Positions 10,187 through 19,849 are shown, counted from the stretch's first letter. The stretch is 64,000 nt of DNA from Candidatus Poribacteria bacterium (GCA_965242965.1 OZ251518.1:3840001-3904000), one strand, 5' to 3'. A program made the numbers and translations. Notes: a model not told the origin generated them from the sequence alone.

Positions 10187-10570
10187 ATGGCCAAGGTACG
10201 TGTATTCTTGAGCTTTGAATTTGACAAAGACGAGCCACTCCATCGCAATTTCTACGAGCAGGCGAAGAAACAGTCTTGCTACGCCATTCGTAATTATTCT
10301 ATGAACGAAGCCTATCGCCCCGACAAAAGTTGGCTGAATAAGGCCAGAAAGCTGATTTGCGAGTCCGACATCGTGATTGTCCTCGTCGGCCAGGATACCC
10401 ACAACGCGCCCGGCGTTGAAAAAGAGGTAACCATCGCAAATCAGGAAGGCAAGCCGATTTTCCAGATTAGACCCCAGGGGAAAACTTGGGGTGAAGTCAA
10501 GGGAACCGGCGACTTGATACCGTGGAAATGGGACAAAATTGACGAGAAGATAGGCGAACTTTTGAATTAG
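10187..10570 (+). CDS. Stand-alone TIR-like protein (MTH538/DUF1863, ThsB-like)
   Basis: RVFLSF, ESDIVIVLVG, GVEKEVTIA (conserved Glu position) and GKPIF; strong AAGGAGG RBS. Confidence 0.8.
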   Translation: MAKVRVFLSFEFDKDEPLHRNFYEQAKKQSCYAIRNYSMNEAYRPDKSWLNKARKLICESDIVIVLVGQDTHNAPGVEKEVTIANQEGKPIFQIRPQGKTWGEVKGTGDLIPWKWDKIDEKIGELLN

Positions 10571-10688
10571 AAACGGTACGGATAAAACTGCGGAAGTTCT
10601 ATCCGAGTGCCGTCCGGCTGCACGATGCAGCAAAAGTTGCCCCTAATCCTGTTAATCCTTTAATCCTGCAAATCCTGATTCAGACAAT

Positions 10689-10723
10689 GAAAAAGAGGTT
10701 CCCGCGGCGGGAACCTCTTTTTC
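10689..10723. terminator. Bidirectional intrinsic terminator
   Basis: GAAAAAGAGGTTCCCGC-G-GCGGGAACCTCTTTTTC, a perfect stem flanked by A and T tracts. Confidence 0.8.
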
Positions 10724-10725
10724 TC

Positions 10726-10755
10726 TTGCAAACAAAACCCAAAAGATGCTAAATT
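10726..10755 (+). promoter_or_regulatory. Sigma70-type promoter of the sulfatase maturase; near-copy of 4864-4892
   Basis: TTGCAA-N18-TAAATT with a TGn extension. Confidence 0.55.
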
Positions 10756-10846
10756 GTAACCTAAACCCAAAGCCCGGTAGGAGGGACCTCCCGGTCCCGA
10801 TACCCAGGGCCCCGGTCACGAATTTTGCCGAGAGAGGATAACCATA

Positions 10847-12142
10847 ATGGTTCAATACAAAGCACCCCGCGCGTTTCATGTCATGACAAAGCCCATCGGG
10901 CCGATATGCAACCTCGATTGCGAATACTGCTTCTATCTTGATAAAGAGAAACTCTACCCCGAAACTCGCTCTTTTCGCATGAATGACGAGATTCTGGAGA
11001 ACTACGTCAAACAATACATTGACGCACAGCAAGTCAACGAAGTCACCTTCGCATGGCAAGGCGGCGAACCGACGTTGATGGGCGTAGACTTTTTCCGCCG
11101 CGCTGTCGCTTATCAGAAGAAGTATCGCCGCACCGGCATGACAATCCAGAATTCGTTTCAGACGAACGCCACGCTCCTTGACGACGAATGGGGAGAGTTC
11201 TTCAAGCAGCATAACTTCCTCATCGGCGTGAGCATTGACGGCCCGCCGGAGATTCACGATAAATACCGCTACGACAAGCGCGGACGTTCATCGTCTGAGC
11301 AGGTGATTCAGGGGTTGCGCATCTTGCAGAAGCATAAGGTTGACTATAACGTGCTGTGTGTTGTCAACCGCCACAACGCCGAGTATCCGCAGGAAGTCTA
11401 CGCCTATTTCAAGGAACTTGGCGCGGAGTTTATGCAGTTCATCCCCGCAGTTGAACATTTCGGCGGAAAGAATGTGTCCCCGCGCTCTGTCACGGCACGG
11501 CAATACGGTAAATTCCTCTGCCAGATTTTCGATGAGTGGGTGGTGAACGACATCGGCACTATCTTCGTGCAGATTTTTGATGTCGCGCTGGAGGCGTGGA
11601 TGGGGTATACACCGAGCCTCTGCGTTTTCAACGAGACCTGCGGTGATGCCCTCGCATTGGAACATAACGGCGATCTTTACTCCTGCGATCACTTCGTCAC
11701 GCCGGACTATCACGTCGGTAACATTTCGGAAACCTCCATCGCCGAGTTGGTGGATTCCGATTTCCAGCGCAAGTTCGGCACCGATAAACGCGATACGCTC
11801 CCCGAATATTGCCGCACCTGCGAAGTGAAGTTCGTGTGCAACGGCGGTTGTCCCAAAAACCGATTCATCAAAACCCCGACTGGCGAGGATGGGTTGAACT
11901 ATCTCTGTGCCGGCTACAAGCAGTTTTTCAAGCACATTGACGAACCGATGAAGATGATGGCGGCCGCGCTGCATCAAGGACAGCCTGCGAATAGCATCAT
12001 CCCGGTCCTGCGCGAACGTCGAAACGCCGCGAAAACCGCGAGGATGTCGGAACAAGGCACACAAGGGAAGGTAGGACGGAATTCGCCTTGTCCGTGCGGC
12101 AGCGGCAGGAAGTATAAGCAGTGCTGCTTGCGGAACAAGTAG
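10847..12142 (+). CDS. Anaerobic sulfatase maturase (radical SAM/SPASM) with a SEC-C tail
   Basis: CNLDCEYCFY, WQGGEPTL, SPASM cysteines (CxxC...CNGGCPK...C) and GRNSPCPCGSGRKYKQCC. Confidence 0.95.
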   Translation: MVQYKAPRAFHVMTKPIGPICNLDCEYCFYLDKEKLYPETRSFRMNDEILENYVKQYIDAQQVNEVTFAWQGGEPTLMGVDFFRRAVAYQKKYRRTGMTIQNSFQTNATLLDDEWGEFFKQHNFLIGVSIDGPPEIHDKYRYDKRGRSSSEQVIQGLRILQKHKVDYNVLCVVNRHNAEYPQEVYAYFKELGAEFMQFIPAVEHFGGKNVSPRSVTARQYGKFLCQIFDEWVVNDIGTIFVQIFDVALEAWMGYTPSLCVFNETCGDALALEHNGDLYSCDHFVTPDYHVGNISETSIAELVDSDFQRKFGTDKRDTLPEYCRTCEVKFVCNGGCPKNRFIKTPTGEDGLNYLCAGYKQFFKHIDEPMKMMAAALHQGQPANSIIPVLRERRNAAKTARMSEQGTQGKVGRNSPCPCGSGRKYKQCCLRNK

Positions 12143-12153
12143 AGGAAGACGCT

Positions 12154-13665
12154 ATGGCTCAAACCAGACCGAATATCTTATTGATTACCAGCGACCAGCA
12201 GCATTGGAACACGCTGGGATGTCTCAACCCGGAGCTCCATACACCGCACTTGGATGCACTGGCGCGGGAAGGGACGCTTTTCCATCGCGCGTATTGCCCG
12301 AATCCGACCTGCACGCCGACGCGCGCTTCGATCATCACCGGCAAATACCCGAGTCAACACGGTGCCTGGTCCCTCGGCACGAAACTCTCTGAAGAGGAGC
12401 ATACCGTCGGTGAAGATTTCACAGCGGCAGGTTACCGCACCGCGCTCGTCGGCAAGGCGCATTTTCAACCGCTGCACGGCACGGACGAGTTCCCGTCGCT
12501 GGAATCCTATCCAATTCTACAAGACCTAGGTTTTTGGCGCGACTTTAACGAACCGTTTTACGGGTTTGAGCATGTGGAACTCGCACGCAACCACGCCGAT
12601 GAGGCGCACGTCGGACAGCACTATGCTATCTGGATGGAGGAGAAGGGCTGCACGAATTGGCGCGATTATTTCGCACCGCCGACCGGGAATGCCCGCGGAC
12701 AATATAGGAAATGGCCCATTCCGGAGGAATACCACTACGATACGTGGATTGCCGAACGGACGAACGTGCTGATGGAAGAATATCAGCGGAATGGTGAGAA
12801 CTTCTTCCTCTGGGCCAGTTTCTTCGACCCGCATCCGAAATATCTCGTGCCGGAACCATGGGATACGATGTATGACCCGGGCGTTCTGACAGTGCCATCA
12901 GTCACCGAAGGGGAGCATGCAAACAACCCGCCGCATTTTCAACTGACGCAGCAGCGGAAACCTGACTTCTCTGCATGGCGCGAAAGCGGGAAGGGTGTCC
13001 ATGGGTTCAATTCGCATCTGCGCGACAAGGACGAACTTGCGAAGGATATCGCTGTCTATTACGGCATGGTGAGCCTGATGGACAAATACATCGGGCAAAT
13101 CTTGGCAAAATTGGATGCGTTAGGACTTGCGGAGAATACCCTCGTCCTCTTCACGTCCGACCATGGGCATTTTTACGGACAGCACGGGCTCGTCGCAAAA
13201 GGCGCGTTCCACTATGAAGATGTGATTCGGGTGCCGTTCATCGTGCGGTATCCGGAGATTGTGCCGGCGGGGATGCAATCGGAGGCGTTGCAGAGTTTGG
13301 TAGACTTGGCACCGTCGTTCCTCAGTGCCGCCGGGATTGACATTCCGCGCCCGATGACAGGCGAAGATCAGACACCCGTTTGGTATGGTGAACAGACGAG
13401 GGTTCGGGAGCACGTTATCGTTGAGAATCACCACGAGCCGACGACGGTCCACGTCAAAACCTACGTTGACGAACGCTACAAACTCACCGTCTATTACAAC
13501 CGCGATTACGGCGAGTTGTTCGATCTTCGGGAAGACGCAGGCGAGGTTAACAACCTCTGGAATTCCCCCGCGCATGCTGAGTTGAAGGCAGAACTGGTGA
13601 TGAAGTTGTTGTTCGCGGAGATGGGGAAAGAACCGCTGTGGATGCCGCGGACATCGGGTGCATAA
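12154..13665 (+). CDS. Sulfatase (Cys-type, formylglycine-dependent)
   Basis: RPNILLITSDQ, CTPTRASIITG (CxPxR), GYRTALVGKAH and FTSDHG; adjacent to the maturase. Confidence 0.93.
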   Translation: MAQTRPNILLITSDQQHWNTLGCLNPELHTPHLDALAREGTLFHRAYCPNPTCTPTRASIITGKYPSQHGAWSLGTKLSEEEHTVGEDFTAAGYRTALVGKAHFQPLHGTDEFPSLESYPILQDLGFWRDFNEPFYGFEHVELARNHADEAHVGQHYAIWMEEKGCTNWRDYFAPPTGNARGQYRKWPIPEEYHYDTWIAERTNVLMEEYQRNGENFFLWASFFDPHPKYLVPEPWDTMYDPGVLTVPSVTEGEHANNPPHFQLTQQRKPDFSAWRESGKGVHGFNSHLRDKDELAKDIAVYYGMVSLMDKYIGQILAKLDALGLAENTLVLFTSDHGHFYGQHGLVAKGAFHYEDVIRVPFIVRYPEIVPAGMQSEALQSLVDLAPSFLSAAGIDIPRPMTGEDQTPVWYGEQTRVREHVIVENHHEPTTVHVKTYVDERYKLTVYYNRDYGELFDLREDAGEVNNLWNSPAHAELKAELVMKLLFAEMGKEPLWMPRTSGA

Positions 13666-13729
13666 ACGGGAAACGGGCGGCGATAGAAATCCGTCCATAC
13701 ATGCCTGCGCGATGGGTGCGAAAATCAAC

Positions 13730-13758
13730 TTGACATTTGTGACAGAATAGGATATTAT
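13730..13758 (+). promoter_or_regulatory. Consensus sigma70 promoter
   Basis: TTGACA-N17-TATTAT, about 135 nt upstream of the Uma2 gene. Confidence 0.7.
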
Positions 13759-13895
13759 ATAAAGTTAACATGTGGACAGCACTTCTAGGGTTACCTAGGG
13801 TTGGCCCATGTTCTTATTGGTGGCTGCAGTCAAGTTGCAGTCGTTGCCTCGCTATCCTTTAAGTTTAACTTTTATCAATTTCAGGAGATGATACG

Positions 13896-14627
13896 ATGCA
13901 GGAAACAATCAAGTCTGCGCCGACAATCCTCTATCCCGAATCGGACGGTAAACCTATGGCAGAAACCGATACTCATCGCGACTTAATCACCGATTGCATT
14001 CAGACGCTCAAGCAGCACTACCGGGAAGAACCGGACGTTTACGTTTCTGGCAATCTGCTGGTGTATTACGAACCCTATCCAAATCCCCGCGCCGTAGCAC
14101 CGGATGTCTTCGTCGTGCGCGGCGTGTCCAAAAAACCGCGGCGGATTTTCGTGGCTGCGGCGGAGAATAAGACACTAGATTTTGTGTTGGAGGTGGGCAG
14201 CCGCGGCACCTACCGGCAAGATCTTGAACGCAAGAAAAACATTTACGCCACCGAACTCGGCGTGAAGGAATACTATATCTATATCCCCTCCGGCGTAGCG
14301 GAAGAATCCTTTATCGGGTTTCGGCTCGTTGACGGTGCCTATGAACGGATAGAGTTCGTCAACGGCCGGCTGTCCTCCACGGTGCTTGGGTTGGAACTCG
14401 GGATATATGAGGATACACTGCGGTTCTATCATCCACAGCTGCAGCAATGGTTGCAGCCCCCTGAGGCACGCGTTGAACGCGCCGAGACACGCGCCGAGCG
14501 CGCCGAAGAACGCGCCGAACACGCCGAAGCGCAAGCGGAACAGGAAGCACGCGCACGCCGAGACATGGAGGAAGAACTCGCAAAGGCTTTGAGCGAAGTC
14601 CAGCGTCTTCAAGCACAGATAGGATAG
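13896..14627 (+). CDS. Uma2 (DUF820) family PD-(D/E)xK endonuclease with a coiled-coil tail
   Basis: YPESDGKPMAETDTH, VAPDVFVV, DFVLEVGS, GVKEYY; ERAE repeats at the C-terminus. Confidence 0.9.
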   Translation: MQETIKSAPTILYPESDGKPMAETDTHRDLITDCIQTLKQHYREEPDVYVSGNLLVYYEPYPNPRAVAPDVFVVRGVSKKPRRIFVAAAENKTLDFVLEVGSRGTYRQDLERKKNIYATELGVKEYYIYIPSGVAEESFIGFRLVDGAYERIEFVNGRLSSTVLGLELGIYEDTLRFYHPQLQQWLQPPEARVERAETRAERAEERAEHAEAQAEQEARARRDMEEELAKALSEVQRLQAQIG

Positions 14628-14743
14628 TAATTTCCGAGCACGGCGAGGGGGCGACGATGCCAGTAACAGGCAGATATGGATATCCGCTCTTACAGTGCAG
14701 CCTTTGGAAATGGGAAGCCCGCGAGGGATAGGCCATCGCCCGC

Positions 14744-15559
14744 CTAATACCGCCGTTTCCAATGCCAACTGTCACTGCCGGAGATGAGGGGCCGGATGTC
14801 CTCTGGCAGCGTCTCAATAAATTCGGGACTTACCTCGTTGCCGGGCCATTCGCGCACCATCGGCGGCGTGTAACCGGCGATGAGGATTACCCGCTCTTTG
14901 TCGCTCCGGATAGCCGTTGTGCTGTGCACCAGCGACTCGGCGAAAAGCAACACAGCTCCGGCGGATGCCTCCACCTGATAGATGAGTTTGTCATCGGCTA
15001 ATGCCGCTTCGATCATCTCGTTTTGGGGCCATGTCAAGCGGTGGCTTCCGGGAATAACGCATGTGCCGCCATCGTCGGGGCCGACATCGGTGAGGTAGGC
15101 GAGCGTCTTCACGAAGATGCAGTGGAACTTGTGCTGCTCCATGTAGGTGCCCCATCCGTGTTGTGTGCCGCGATGAAAGCCTGTCGGGTTATAGCGACGT
15201 TTGCGGAGTTCGCTGAGAGGTGTCTCCGGGTTCCGGCGATTGATAATCGCCTCTGTCTCCTCCAGTCGGACTTTGCCGCCCACCACTTCCTCAACGAGAG
15301 GCACCAGTTTGGGGTGCGCGGCGTATGCCAATAACGCCGGTGCGTATTCAACAAGGTTGCCGAAAAGCACGTGGTGTTCGCCATGTGGGCGTGCATAGAC
15401 GCGCGTGGATTCCAATGCCGCGTCTGCCTTGATTTTGTAGAGCGCGTCTTTCATCTGTGCGATTTCATCGCCGCTCAGGACATCCTCTAGCAACACGAAG
15501 CCGTAGATGTCGAAGTGTAGCCGTTGCGCTGGCGTGAGTTGGATGGGTTCACTTTTCAT
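14744..15559 (-). CDS. PhyH family dioxygenase
   Basis: FDIYGFVLLEDVL, YLTDVGPDDGGTCVIPGSH and ESLVHS. Confidence 0.85.
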   Translation of the reverse strand: MKSEPIQLTPAQRLHFDIYGFVLLEDVLSGDEIAQMKDALYKIKADAALESTRVYARPHGEHHVLFGNLVEYAPALLAYAAHPKLVPLVEEVVGGKVRLEETEAIINRRNPETPLSELRKRRYNPTGFHRGTQHGWGTYMEQHKFHCIFVKTLAYLTDVGPDDGGTCVIPGSHRLTWPQNEMIEAALADDKLIYQVEASAGAVLLFAESLVHSTTAIRSDKERVILIAGYTPPMVREWPGNEVSPEFIETLPEDIRPLISGSDSWHWKRRY

Positions 15560-15580
15560 CTCGGTGTTCCTCCTCATTTC

Positions 15581-15641
15581 CGGTAGGCGCGCGTTGGCAG
15601 CGCGCACGTTAACTTGCGCCGTTTGAAACCGCGTCTACCGG
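15581..15641. repeat. Inverted pair of GTAG-headed REP-like units; the right unit supplies the TAG stop of the upstream gene
   Basis: CGGTAGGCGCGCG...GCGCGC followed by ...AAACCGCGTCTACCG. Confidence 0.65.
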
Positions 15642-16387
15642 GGGTGTCCCCCTGTTTTGATATTTGCCCACATCGTTGTCAGTTTACCATCTGTTTCTAC
15701 TGCAAGTTCCAGCGGTTCATCGCCTTCGTAAACGAGCAGTTCATCGACGTAGCCCGCGACAGTCATCCCCCAGACATAAAAGACGAGCCACTTGGCTGTG
15801 GGCCCGATGGCGGCGTTCCGAAACGCAAGCCCCTTTTCCGGTTTCGCTTTCAGTGCTTTGTCCCTGCTGTCTCCCGCGTAGAAGTCAAACTCGCTTTTGT
15901 CAAAATCGGCGACAATTCGGATGTATTTCCAGACATCTGTCTCAAAATCGCCGATTGGTTGCCACGCGGCACCGTCGTAGAAGCGGACAATATTTGCGTC
16001 CCAGTTGATATAAGTGCCGCCGTTGTTTTCGCCAATGTTATCGGCGGAACCGATTTTGACGTTGAAAGAGCGTCCGCCGCCCTCAATGTAAACCCAGCAT
16101 TCAACGGAGGTGATAGGGTTATCGGTTTCTATCGGCACGCCGAGTCCATCGCCATCTGCGCCGCCCAAAATGGCGAGCGATTTTTTGTCGGTTTTGACGG
16201 TGTCATCGGTAACCTCAAATCCGTCGCCTTGCGCCTCCCAATCTTCGGGGGCTTTGCCGAGGGTGAATTCTTCAAATCCTGTCTGGACGAATACCTTCTG
16301 TGCGGCGGTGCTGTTCATAAAGACGACACTGAGCAGGATGGCCGTTGCGATAGTCAAATAGGTTTTCGTGTCTTTCGTGTTTGTCAT
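15635..16387 (-). CDS. Secreted beta-sandwich protein with Poribacteria-type C-terminal tail
   Basis: Hydrophobic signal (YLTIATAILLSVVFMNSTAA); tail AVETDGKLTTMWANIK. The ORF-track extension upstream overlaps the next gene and was removed. Confidence 0.7.
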   Translation of the reverse strand: MTNTKDTKTYLTIATAILLSVVFMNSTAAQKVFVQTGFEEFTLGKAPEDWEAQGDGFEVTDDTVKTDKKSLAILGGADGDGLGVPIETDNPITSVECWVYIEGGGRSFNVKIGSADNIGENNGGTYINWDANIVRFYDGAAWQPIGDFETDVWKYIRIVADFDKSEFDFYAGDSRDKALKAKPEKGLAFRNAAIGPTAKWLVFYVWGMTVAGYVDELLVYEGDEPLELAVETDGKLTTMWANIKTGGHPR

Positions 16388-16407
16388 GAGTGTCGCGTAT
16401 GCTCCTT

Positions 16408-17202
16408 TCATGGCATCCAGATGTTCCATTCCCCCTTTTTCTCCCACGTGCGGCAGGCGAGGCACAAGCACATATACCGAATCGCGAACCGGGGATAAGG
16501 CGTGACGTTTATCGTGCCGGAGTGCGGCAGCAGATAGTGAAAGAGAAGCACATCGCCTGGTTTGGCGGTGACTTCCATCGGTTCTCCTAAGTCCATCTGT
16601 GGGAACAGGGCGCGCACATCGCCGACGCGGTTGGAGAAGTTCGGGTTCTTTTTCCGAAACGCGCGGATGCGCGCCGGGCCCTCCGGCCATATCATCGTTG
16701 TCCCACCGTGCGAATGTGCATCGGTGAGGTAGGTTAAACTCGTCACACGAAAGCAGCCCGGGTCTAACCGCAAATCCCTGAAGTCGCCATCAAGGTGCGG
16801 CGATGGACATTTCCACTGTCTTCCATCTGGATGTCTTTCATCTGGAAACTGATTGAGGGCCCAGATGCCGTCGGGCTGCCTGCTTTGACAGTGCGGAATC
16901 TCCGGATACCTCTCCGCGAGTTGATAAAGGACAGCGAGATACGCCGGCGTGCAACATGCCATGACATCTGGATGCTTCACGCCGTAAAGTTCAATCCGAT
17001 TCCCGATGCCCAACTGTTCCATATAAAAGCCAGAGAGTGGTGGACGTTGGAAATGCTTCCATGAACTTGGGTTATCTGACTGCATGCCCATCATCTGCCA
17101 CATCGCCGCTTCTGCTTTTGTGACAGTCTCTTCGGGGATGAGGCCGGAGAGTTGGAGATACCCTTCCTCCTCAAATTGTACCAGTTGCTGTTTTGAAAGC
17201 AT
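16408..17202 (-). CDS. PhyH family dioxygenase
   Basis: FEEEGYLQL, PHLDG, YLTDAHSHGGTT and PGDVLLFHYLLPHSG. Confidence 0.8.
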   Translation of the reverse strand: MLSKQQLVQFEEEGYLQLSGLIPEETVTKAEAAMWQMMGMQSDNPSSWKHFQRPPLSGFYMEQLGIGNRIELYGVKHPDVMACCTPAYLAVLYQLAERYPEIPHCQSRQPDGIWALNQFPDERHPDGRQWKCPSPHLDGDFRDLRLDPGCFRVTSLTYLTDAHSHGGTTMIWPEGPARIRAFRKKNPNFSNRVGDVRALFPQMDLGEPMEVTAKPGDVLLFHYLLPHSGTINVTPYPRFAIRYMCLCLACRTWEKKGEWNIWMP

Positions 17203-17206
17203 AGGG

Positions 17207-18013
17207 TTAGTCCTCAATCGTGATTTGTGAAATATCAAACGTGGGTTCGGGATACTTCATGTCCAACTTCTCCAGTGCCTCAACCACGCGTTCAGTGATG
17301 ACGAGGTTGCGGTACCACTTCTTGTTCGCCGGGATGATGTGCCAGGGTGCCCACTCGGTGCTGCAGGTATTGAAAACCGCCTCATACGCCTGCATATAAT
17401 CGTTCCAGTAAGCGCGTTCACGAATGTCGGATTCTGCGATTTTCCAGTGCTTCCTCGGGTCTTTCAGTCGCGATTCAAGCCGCGCTTTCTGTTCATCCTT
17501 AGAGATGTGGAGGAAAAACTTCAGGACAACCATCCGGTTTTCTACCAGCATTTTCTCAAAGTTGTTAATCTGCTGATACCGCAGTGCCCAGTCCTCTTCG
17601 GGCACGAGGTTATGCACCCGTGCGACAAGCACATCTTCATAATGCGAACGGTTGAAAATGCCGATGGTGCCTTTTGCGGGCACAGCGCGGTGTGCCCGCC
17701 ATAAGAAATCGTGGGAAGTTTCATGCTCGGTGGGCACCTTGAAATTGACGACATCGCATCCTTGCACGTTGATGCCGGACATCACACCGCGGATGGTGCC
17801 GTCCTTGCCGCAGGTGTCCATGCCTTGCAGGATGATAAGCAGTGCGCGCTGATTTTCGGCGTAAAGCAGTGCCTGAAGTTTCGTCAACCGCTTATGCAGT
17901 TTTTTCAGCGCGCTTTTCGTTTCCCCTTTTTTGCGGTAATGCCCGGTGTAGTCTGCGTCATAATCGGTTAAACAGACGCTACTGCCGGGCGTGACGATGA
18001 AAGGTTGTGACAT
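17207..18013 (-). CDS. ppk2: Polyphosphate kinase 2 (single domain)
   Basis: QGMDTCGKDGTI, FKVPT, HDFLWR, FNRSHYEDV and APWHIIPANKKWYRN. Confidence 0.93.
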   Translation of the reverse strand: MSQPFIVTPGSSVCLTDYDADYTGHYRKKGETKSALKKLHKRLTKLQALLYAENQRALLIILQGMDTCGKDGTIRGVMSGINVQGCDVVNFKVPTEHETSHDFLWRAHRAVPAKGTIGIFNRSHYEDVLVARVHNLVPEEDWALRYQQINNFEKMLVENRMVVLKFFLHISKDEQKARLESRLKDPRKHWKIAESDIRERAYWNDYMQAYEAVFNTCSTEWAPWHIIPANKKWYRNLVITERVVEALEKLDMKYPEPTFDISQITIED

Positions 18014-18064
18014 AGAGTTCCTCCCATGAAACAGACGCGAATTGGGGCGCGCCGTGAGGAGATG

Positions 18065-19213
18065 TTATCCCATTTCTCTATCTAGTTCTTCTAGACTCAT
18101 TTTCCGGACGAAGTCCACCGTGATTTCTGCGCCATTGCCGGTTTCAAACGCCTTCAGCAGGACGTTCCGGCACCGTTTATTCACATCTCGCGGCGTGCGG
18201 CGTTGCAAGTTCGTCAAGAGAAGTTTGAGTGCGTCCTCGGTAAATGGCGAGTAGCCTGTTTTTGGCTTCGCGGCGGTTCTGTGGTGCGCGAGGAGTTCGC
18301 ACACATATTGCAGCATCGCCTCCTCTTCCATCTCGTGAAAGAAAATCTGCTGCGTAACTCTGTCTATCAGATAGGTTCCAAGTATCAATTCGATTTCCTC
18401 ATACTCCTCAGGCGCGGTGAGCGTGAAATTCATGAAAAGCGTGAAGAAATAGGGCATCCTGTCTACGAGTTCGCGCAATCCTTGTCCAAAAGGACGGTAC
18501 TGCGGCGGCGTGAAATAGATGAAATTCTCCATTTCATCTATCCAGAGGCAGAACCGATTGTGTTCGGTAACATCAGTCGATTCGGATAGCCCGGTGAAGC
18601 AGTGAAAAACCCCGGCGAGCACCCGAAAATAGTCCTGCGTCTTTTCGAGGTTGCGATTCAAACCGAGTTTCCGCAATTCGGTAGTTGTGCATTTGCCGAG
18701 GAAGTATGCGTTCAGCAACGGTTTCGTCTTCGTCTGCACGTCTGCCAAACCGAGCAACGCATCCACGAGAACGGTGCTGAGCATCGTTTGCCGCAGGCTC
18801 TTTTTCGCTGCTGTGTACCCGACAGATTCAACCGTTCTAGTTACGGACTCTTGTATCCGCTCAAGTCCAGTCTGCTCCATGACATCGAGATAAAAATCTC
18901 GCGTCGGGTTATCAACTTCCGTGGGGGTATGGACGCGGCAAATCTCTATATCCTGCACACTAGGTGTTAGAATAGGGATATTTGCTTCATGGCTAAAGAA
19001 CAAGGAAGCGTGTGTTTTGCCGCTGCCAACGGGCCCCCGACATAATATCACCTGAGTTGGCGCGGATGCCTTTGCTTCACGGAAAACGTTGTCAAACTCA
19101 CCTTTGAGCGCGTCCATGCCCACCCAAACCGCCTGGTGTGGGTTGAGCGGTGGCACGGTTGTAAAGGGATTCTCCCGTAAACAAGCTGAATTCCAATCAA
19201 TGGAAAATTTCAT
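18065..19213 (-). CDS. P-loop ATPase of unknown function (STAND/AAA+-like)
   Basis: N-terminal ENPF, Walker A GPVGSGKTH, Walker B LWIDEME, helical PFTEDAL...RTPRDVN. Confidence 0.75.
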   Translation of the reverse strand: MKFSIDWNSACLRENPFTTVPPLNPHQAVWVGMDALKGEFDNVFREAKASAPTQVILCRGPVGSGKTHASLFFSHEANIPILTPSVQDIEICRVHTPTEVDNPTRDFYLDVMEQTGLERIQESVTRTVESVGYTAAKKSLRQTMLSTVLVDALLGLADVQTKTKPLLNAYFLGKCTTTELRKLGLNRNLEKTQDYFRVLAGVFHCFTGLSESTDVTEHNRFCLWIDEMENFIYFTPPQYRPFGQGLRELVDRMPYFFTLFMNFTLTAPEEYEEIELILGTYLIDRVTQQIFFHEMEEEAMLQYVCELLAHHRTAAKPKTGYSPFTEDALKLLLTNLQRRTPRDVNKRCRNVLLKAFETGNGAEITVDFVRKMSLEELDREMG

Positions 19214-19219
19214 GATTAT

Positions 19220-19849
19220 TCACCTTGAAACTTTTTTCACACGCGGCAATGTTCTGAGCATACCGTTTAATTCCTCAAGATAGCCGAGATGGTTCCGAAG
19301 ACGCTTCATCATTTCGGCTTGTTTGCCTCCTATGCGAGAATTTACGGTTTTCAATGCCGCTTCTGTCAATACATACGACCATCTCGGAAACAATACGAGA
19401 TAGAGGTGCATGAGCAGATCTAGTGACGACCAGGTTCTCATCGTTTTGAAGCGTTCTTCATACCACGCAATCAAACCCCGACAAGCATTCATATCATCTG
19501 TTAACATGATAACCTGGCCGGTGTATTGCCGCCGCACTTGATACAGCGCGAGTGCGCAATTTTGACGTTCGCCCCGGTTGCATTTTGGGTTACCAGCAGG
19601 CGACTCGGTGAAAATCAGGTTCTCATAAACCTGTTCTCGATGGAAATATCGCCTCGCTTGCCTCACAAATTGTAATATCTGTTCGGCATTGCTATTCAAT
19701 TTGTCTTTGTGCCGCCGTACCTCGTGTGGAATCTCTCGTGAGACTTGCACATTAAATTGCTGTGTTAACACATCAACGATATGGGTTTCCCCGATATATA
19801 CATCGCGTATGTTGATGAGTGCCGAGGTATCAGGAATAAGAATATCCAT
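19220..19849 (-). CDS. PIN-domain-like protein (putative RNase)
   Basis: Acidic residues spaced as in PIN folds: IPDTSALI, PHEV, NRGE and MLTDD. An upstream TTG start at 19933 is possible. Confidence 0.6.
   Translation of the reverse strand: MDILIPDTSALINIRDVYIGETHIVDVLTQQFNVQVSREIPHEVRRHKDKLNSNAEQILQFVRQARRYFHREQVYENLIFTESPAGNPKCNRGERQNCALALYQVRRQYTGQVIMLTDDMNACRGLIAWYEERFKTMRTWSSLDLLMHLYLVLFPRWSYVLTEAALKTVNSRIGGKQAEMMKRLRNHLGYLEELNGMLRTLPRVKKVSR

Noticed and set aside
10187-10570. Calling a complete Thoeris system
   Set aside because: There is no ThsA-type effector in the window.
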